A stretch of 63,872 nucleotides of DNA, counting the filler, from Choristocarpus tenellus KU-1152 (Eukaryota > Protista > Phaeophyceae): NCBI GenBank assembly GCA_964200185.2. It is 15 parts of 15 records of this genome, joined end to end, with 100 filler letters (N's around TTAATTAATTAA, not from the genome) between each part and the next. Parts side by side here need not be neighbours in the genome. Positions count along the whole stretch, not along the records: positions 57,598 to 63,872 come from CAXNAD020008508.1; 14 more parts are not named here. One strand, written 5' to 3'. The position numbers were made by a program, and so were the translations under genes. The notes below the pieces were generated by a model. That model was not told where the DNA came from, made no database searches, and was given only the letters and a program-made list of their open reading frames with translations. The stretch's first letter is position 1. Every line of letters starts with the position of its first letter. Shown here piece by piece: positions 57,962-63,872 of the stretch.

Positions 57962-60900
57962 TCATCGCTCTTCCCAATCCCACCCCAATGCAGCAGCCTG
58001 TGCCCCCGTTTCAGTGTCATCCCCATCTATAGCCTGGCAGTTGTAGATGGCGTACCGTAGCTTCTCCATCATCATCTGTACACAAGAGATTTTCAAGTGG
58101 GGAATGTGGGAGACATAACACACATTGATCGTCCACAGCCCATGCTACAATATTTTACAAAATAGTCGTATCACCTTTCACCTCCTGTGGTGTATCTAAA
58201 AACTTACACGATCCTTCATATACCAAGATCTTGTGTCCACAACAACTACGAGGTTCACAACAAAATCCGAGAAATTCCTTCTTCCTGTTGGGACCCTACA
58301 GAATATCAAACATTAATGCAGAAACCTGTCCTTGGGTACATGGTCTGAACCACTTAATCATGAAGTGCCACAAGAGATATCCTGAACCACAATATCATCA
58401 CTACCAATGGACATTGTACTACTCAACCTAGATGATTTCTAGTCAGTCCAATCTGCAAGTCTCAGAGTCCTCATGTACAACACAATACACTATTGCCGCT
58501 TTAACTATGAGGAACTACAAATACCAAGGTGGTCAATTACAGATTGCATCCAATTACAGATTGCATCCAATTACAGATTGCATTCCATTCTTACCGTAAG
58601 GGAACTGTACGCAGGAAGCTCTAGGCTGAAGAAGCAAGTGTGAGCCACAGGGTAGTAGTTCTCGGCTGGCTTCTTACCAAAGCTGTGCAGCTTGAACCGC
58701 TGGCTGAAGCCATCGGCTGACAGAGGTAGACGTGCCCTGCTCGAACAAGATTGAGACCAATGAATGAGGTACAGTAAACAAATAGCCAAAGCAAGTTGTA
58801 AGGGTCTATCTGTATTTATTGTAGTGTATTGTACTACAAAAAACGTAACCTGTCAAGCACTGGTTTAAAGTAAGATAAAGTCTCTACTTGCTGTACCAAG
58901 GTTGGCACATCAAACTTTGAGAAAAGTGTGATATTAATAGGATGGATAGTATAATTGTAATACTGTGATGATGATGTGTATTTCAGTGACACAAAGAACA
59001 AGGAGGACCTACAGTGCTAAAAAGAGGCAAACCATCCCCCACATAATACAAGACACATTTTATCTAGTATTACTACTCAAACAATATTCAACACACTCAA
59101 TCCTACACACCTTCCCCAGGTAAACTTCAGGAACATGGAACGTTCCTCTGCATTGAAGGCCCTTAGAGCCTGCCAGAACAGGGCAATGTGGGGTTGCTCC
59201 TTACGGCATCCCGAATACTCTGTGACCGCCTGAAAAAAAAAAAATGATTGAAAGTGGGAAGGTGAGAAAATGATTGAACATGGTTTGGTATAGGTTGAGT
59301 CAAGTTACGTATGTGGCTAACCCCATATGAATACAATGCTGTTACCATGATCATTTGTCCTATCATTTGTCCTACAAATCTGCAGCAAATACTCTTCAGC
59401 GAAGGTCCTCTGACATACATGTTCAAGTGAAATGAATAGTGGTAGTGGTACAGAAAATATTATAAATATGTGTATAAAAGTGGATACTGAATGGGGAGGT
59501 GAGGGTATGGCAATGCAATCAAATAATCGCAGCGCTTGGGACAGAGGGATTGGAGGAGATGGGTCATGCTATTATACTCTGTGCCTCAGGCGCCTACCTA
59601 CCAATTGAACATGGAGTACTAGTTATCATTGCCAACACAACAAGTTACCTCCAGTAGGTCGATGTCCACTTCGGGCTTGCCACAGACCATGGTCTCCACT
59701 TCCTCCCATGTAAACAGTCCAAGCACCTAAGAAGAAAAAAAAATAGAGAAGGTTGGCATTCACAGCAACATTTTCATCCCCAGAGTTGTAAAAATAATGA
59801 AGAACAAAGGGCCACAAAAAGAACAATTAAAACGCTCGCAACATGTAAGAACAATTGTACTTGATATTAGTTGTGCACAACTACTCACACCTACCATAAC
59901 AGGTACCACTGAAGCCATGCCCTCCCTGATGTATTTCACCATTGATGTACATTCTCTTAGTCGATACGCCTCCGCTTGTTCTGCATACCTTTACAATTAC
60001 ATTGGACAGGTGATAAGATACTAAGTAAACCTCAAATAGGCCAAATGATGGTAAGCAGTACGGCCATAAACAAACCACACACAAGGAAAATAACAACATC
60101 AGCAGACGGGTCAGAGGTGAACAACAAAAAAGACCTTCCGGGTGATGACAGTCAAAGCTTAAGCAAAATAGTTTACTCTTCAAATGCATGAGAAATCCAA
60201 ATCTACATGTTCACATACTTTGCTGGCACTGCAGGTGTTTTAATTATTGTAGTAACCATCAATATAATCAATATCAGTAGTATCAATATCATCAATATCA
60301 GTCTTGTAACCCCGCTTGTGCTCTTTTCAGTCTTGAGATGATGCTCTCACTGACTAGGGACTACCTGCTAGTGCTAGGACATAATCTGGGAGTGGAATGG
60401 AATAACAAAATGACTTTTGTTCTACCTAATTGGATGCACGTGTGTGCACAGATTGAAGGTCTATGGGTCTGACTACCATGAAAAAAAGGTACTGTAGTAT
60501 CAGACAACTGTACTCACTTATAACGATTGTCCCATGTTACTGCCACATTAGACCCTCCAGGCCACAGCTCAACCTCCCTTTGATCCAGAGACACCATCGA
60601 GAATGTATACATGCCCAAATCATTGAACTCCTCCTTGGTCAAATTTTCTTGAAGGAAAATGTTGATAGGGGAGGGCATGAACTCAAGTCAAAAGAAACCA
60701 GGCAGTTGGAAACCATAACAAGAATTGGAGTTGACTGGGTTTCACAAATAGAATGCACTGGTCCTGAACTAGGACAAAAACTATATATAATATAATATAT
60801 AATGTGCAAGGGTTACCTCGACTTCGATTCAATCCCATAAATCAATTGTCAATGTACATTGTTGGTGCATGTCACACCTGATCACATCACATTAAATATT

Positions 60901-63670
60901 CACACTGGATTTTGTCTTTTGACTGTGCCAACAAAATTTTATGTTAATTTACAACCCCCCACTCCTTTCTAAAGGACACACTCACATATAAATATATATA
61001 TATATGTTCTTAGTGATACCAAAGATGGCATTTCACAAATAGAGGATGGACCAAACTCTCCCCCCACAGACAGGCAAAATAAAATAATTGACGAATCAGT
61101 GGTATTACTTGTCATAATAATAATAGTAATAATAACAATAAAAATAATAATCACCATTTTGTACGTTGTGCAAGAACTTCATACTGTTCAAGAGTTGATA
61201 GTCCACATCGTCCAGGTCCTCTCTTGTCACTTTCTGGCAAACCAGGGCTTTCCACACAATGCTGCTGAGCTTCAAGGCAAGGAACTCCTTTGATCTGAAT
61301 AAAAAGGGCAACAAAGGAGTTAGGGCAATCAATACCTTGGAACACAAGACTAACAGAGTCGAGGGGCTGAGTGGTTATTGATGGTCTGAGCTTGATTTGG
61401 TGTGAATGTCTTGAATCAGTATATATTGAAATATGCAAATTTATGGTACAATCTCCTACTCCACCTTACGTTGTGCACATGTGATACATGATACATGATA
61501 CATGATAAGTGGTGTGTGATTCAATACAACTTTACGTGGAACCTTTTTTTGTCTTCCTGACAGTGATACATGATACATGATGTGGTGATGTGGATGCATT
61601 ATACATCCTGAAAGCTAAACTTGACCTTCCAATTTCAAGAAGGAAGGTAACTGTTAGTTAACAGTTAACTAACAGTTGCCATACCACACAAGATTCATCG
61701 TGGAGAAGAAGACAGTTATATAACCTGGAAGAATTTCCCCTCGTGTAACTGTTTTTAGTTCATAATATGGAAGGAAATCACCATTTGTTCCAAGCAAGTG
61801 ATGCGAATGATTATACTCAACACCACCTTCTATTCTAAACAGCTATGGGTTCCTCCTTCTGATAAAGATCAAAACATCTCCGAATAACATATTAACAGTA
61901 GGAGATGTTTCAGTGGTGGGAGGGATATATGAAGCCCAAAATCTCCAGCAGAGACAATGCTAACTATCTTCTAACTGTCTTCTAAATGTCTTCTAATAAG
62001 AGCAACGCACCGAATGGCATGTCCCATGAGCTTGCCAAGGAAAACAAGCATCTCCTTCTGCGTGTCATTGACTGCAGGGTTGATCAGGTAGCTTTCCCTT
62101 CCAGAACGCACATCCTGCAATGCATTTGGTGACCGCACTAGCAGAGGCAGCGCCGAAGACTGTTTCCATAGGGTTAGGGTAATGGATGGAAGGGGGGACA
62201 CAACTAGTAACATAAGGTTCAGCAAGGGTCACGTGTATCACATTCTATAGCTCTGAGAACAGATAGAACATAGTCTATTCATATGGTTACTACCTCAAGG
62301 TATGACTACAGGTTTATACCATTACTCCCACCCTGATTTCCACTGATGTGTGCTCACACCTGCAGTTCCTGTGCATAGATGGACCATGTCTCACGGTAGG
62401 GCCCTCCAGCATCCTGGCTATGCTCTCCCATGAACACGCAGTTGTACAACTTAGCATTTGTACGCAGACACCGTGGGTGCATGACATGTATCTGATGCAA
62501 TGACAGCAAAAGGAACGTGATTCCTCACATCCCACAAGAAGTCTACAAAGTCATTGTCCTCTTCTACTAACAAAAAACTCACTGTTCAGTCAACAATCAC
62601 CCAATACTGCTGCAAAAAAAACTGAGAGGCTACTCCTACTCTTGTGGAAATCCAAAGTGAAGGCCTGATCCATCTCAACCGTTTCCTCTTGTAGGTATGT
62701 AGAGCAAATAAATGGATACATCATTGTTACTATGTCCAACTCCAAAAGATGCTATATCTCTTGCAAATTCAATACATGTTCCCATTGGCCAACTCTCTAA
62801 TCCATTTCACAACCAAAATAATTTTGATTCCAACTTGAGCAAGGCCTTCATCAGTCACAAATGGCATGTGCAGTACAACAAATGTCCCCACTACAATCAA
62901 TAAACAATAATACACTAAGTACCTGTCTGAAGGCCTGTCCAAACACGGACCACCTCCCTTCTAGGTCTACCTCTCCCACATGGATGTGCCTTGCAGCCTG
63001 AAAAAGCAATCAAATGATGACCAAACACCACACAGATCCATCAACAGGGCAAGGGTTATATTTTGACTGCTCAGGATACATCATATTCCAGACAGTTCAT
63101 GAAGTTCAAGGTAGATGGTCAAATATTATTTCACTAAGAGCTGAGTACTCCTTAGCCCTTAACAATAATTAGCAAATTGTCACTTCCACTATCCTCAAAT
63201 AGTCATTGATGTTATCAACAATAAATCTGATATGGTACTGGTGCAGGATAAGGGAATACAACCCTCCCCAACCAAACAGAGGTCGTGCCATGCATATACA
63301 ACACATTTCCATCACCATATATTGGTATTAATTCTCTATGGAGGCACCAAGTAGGAAAGGTTTATCTTAATATTGAACAATCTTGAACAAAAAGTACAGA
63401 CTATCTATGGGATCTTGAGGAATAACTTGACTTTGTTCTTAATTGTACATAGAAAATTTTCAATATTCATCATGCAGAATGCACCATCAGGAAGGGAGAT
63501 TCAAGGAGAGTTCTCACCTTAGGCCTGCTGAGGTACAGGTCAAATGTACCGTTATGGCCATTGCTTTTTGTGGCATTCAATGCTGCTTCCCACACCGGCT
63601 CTTTTACACAGCGGAACACAAGTCCACGGCAAGACAAGAGGAGGGCTACTGCTGACCAGGACCGGTCCAT
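57962..63670 (-). CDS. HECT E3 ubiquitin ligase, HERC-like C-terminal region (last exons)
   Basis: Exons 63670-63518, 62997-62923, 62491-62360, 62159-62011, 61294-61155, 60647-60518, 59988-59895, 59726-59649, 59229-59111, 58736-58595 and 58075-57962, all GT-AG with matching phases. Motifs FMGEHSQDAGGPYRE, FLGKLMGHAIR, VELWPGG, LFTWEEVETMVCG, FLKFTWGRARLP, PVAHTCFFSLELPAYSS (catalytic Cys) and EKLRYAIYNCQAID. Confidence 0.96.
58534..58583. repeat. 17-bp tandem repeat, 3 units, intronic
   Basis: CAATTACAGATTGCATC x3. Confidence 0.85.
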
Positions 63671-63872
63671 CTAAGGTCCCCAAAATTGTCACACATCAAA
63701 CAGAGAGGAAGTACCATCCCAACAGGTACCAAAAATGCAATCAGACAAGATAGTTTTTGAATGACGAAGGTGGGGGGGGGGGGGGGGGGGGGGGGGGTGG
63801 GGTTGGGGGTGGGGGGGGAGAAGGGAAGAATGAAAGAGAGCAAAAAACTTTACATCATTTCCTCCATTTTAA

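Noticed and set aside
38198-63872. Apparent clustering of ribosome and RNA-processing genes
   Set aside because: The genes are on separate contigs joined artificially.

Overview
This window is not one locus. It is 15 short contigs (about 2.5-6.8 kb) joined by artificial 100-nt spacers (44 N + TTAATTAATTAA + 44 N), so adjacency across spacers means nothing. The DNA is from an intron-rich eukaryote. It is probably a stramenopile close to brown algae, an inference from the protein and TE sequences, intron density and TTAGGG-type repeats. Host genes, all partial, were rebuilt by hand from splice signals and reading phase: RLP24/RSL24D1, a coiled-coil protein with a probable 15-nt micro-exon, a katanin/spastin/VPS4-clade AAA ATPase, a CFAP97-like protein, a PatB/MalY-type PLP C-S lyase with a GC-AG intron, RPS24 with intronic box C/D snoRNA candidates, CLPTM1, INTS1 and a HERC-type HECT E3 ligase. 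There is also an atypical tRNA-Gln(TTG). The rest is mostly decayed mobile DNA: RTE LINE, DIRS/Ngaro tyrosine recombinase, Gypsy, DD39D mariner, probable piggyBac and hAT relics, retroposon tails and minisatellites. The most notable items are (1) a spliced Sola2-like DDD transposase with two C-terminal Tudor-like domains, whose middle exon recurs in a second diverged copy with the same exon acceptor; (2) a dense MITE group with CAAAGTATCT termini and an apparent 3-bp RSY target site; (3) duplicated snoRNA candidates with apparently co-varying non-canonical C and D boxes; and (4) complementary telomeric-repeat tracts flanking an in-frame CLPTM1 exon. All family calls are from motif recognition, not database searches.
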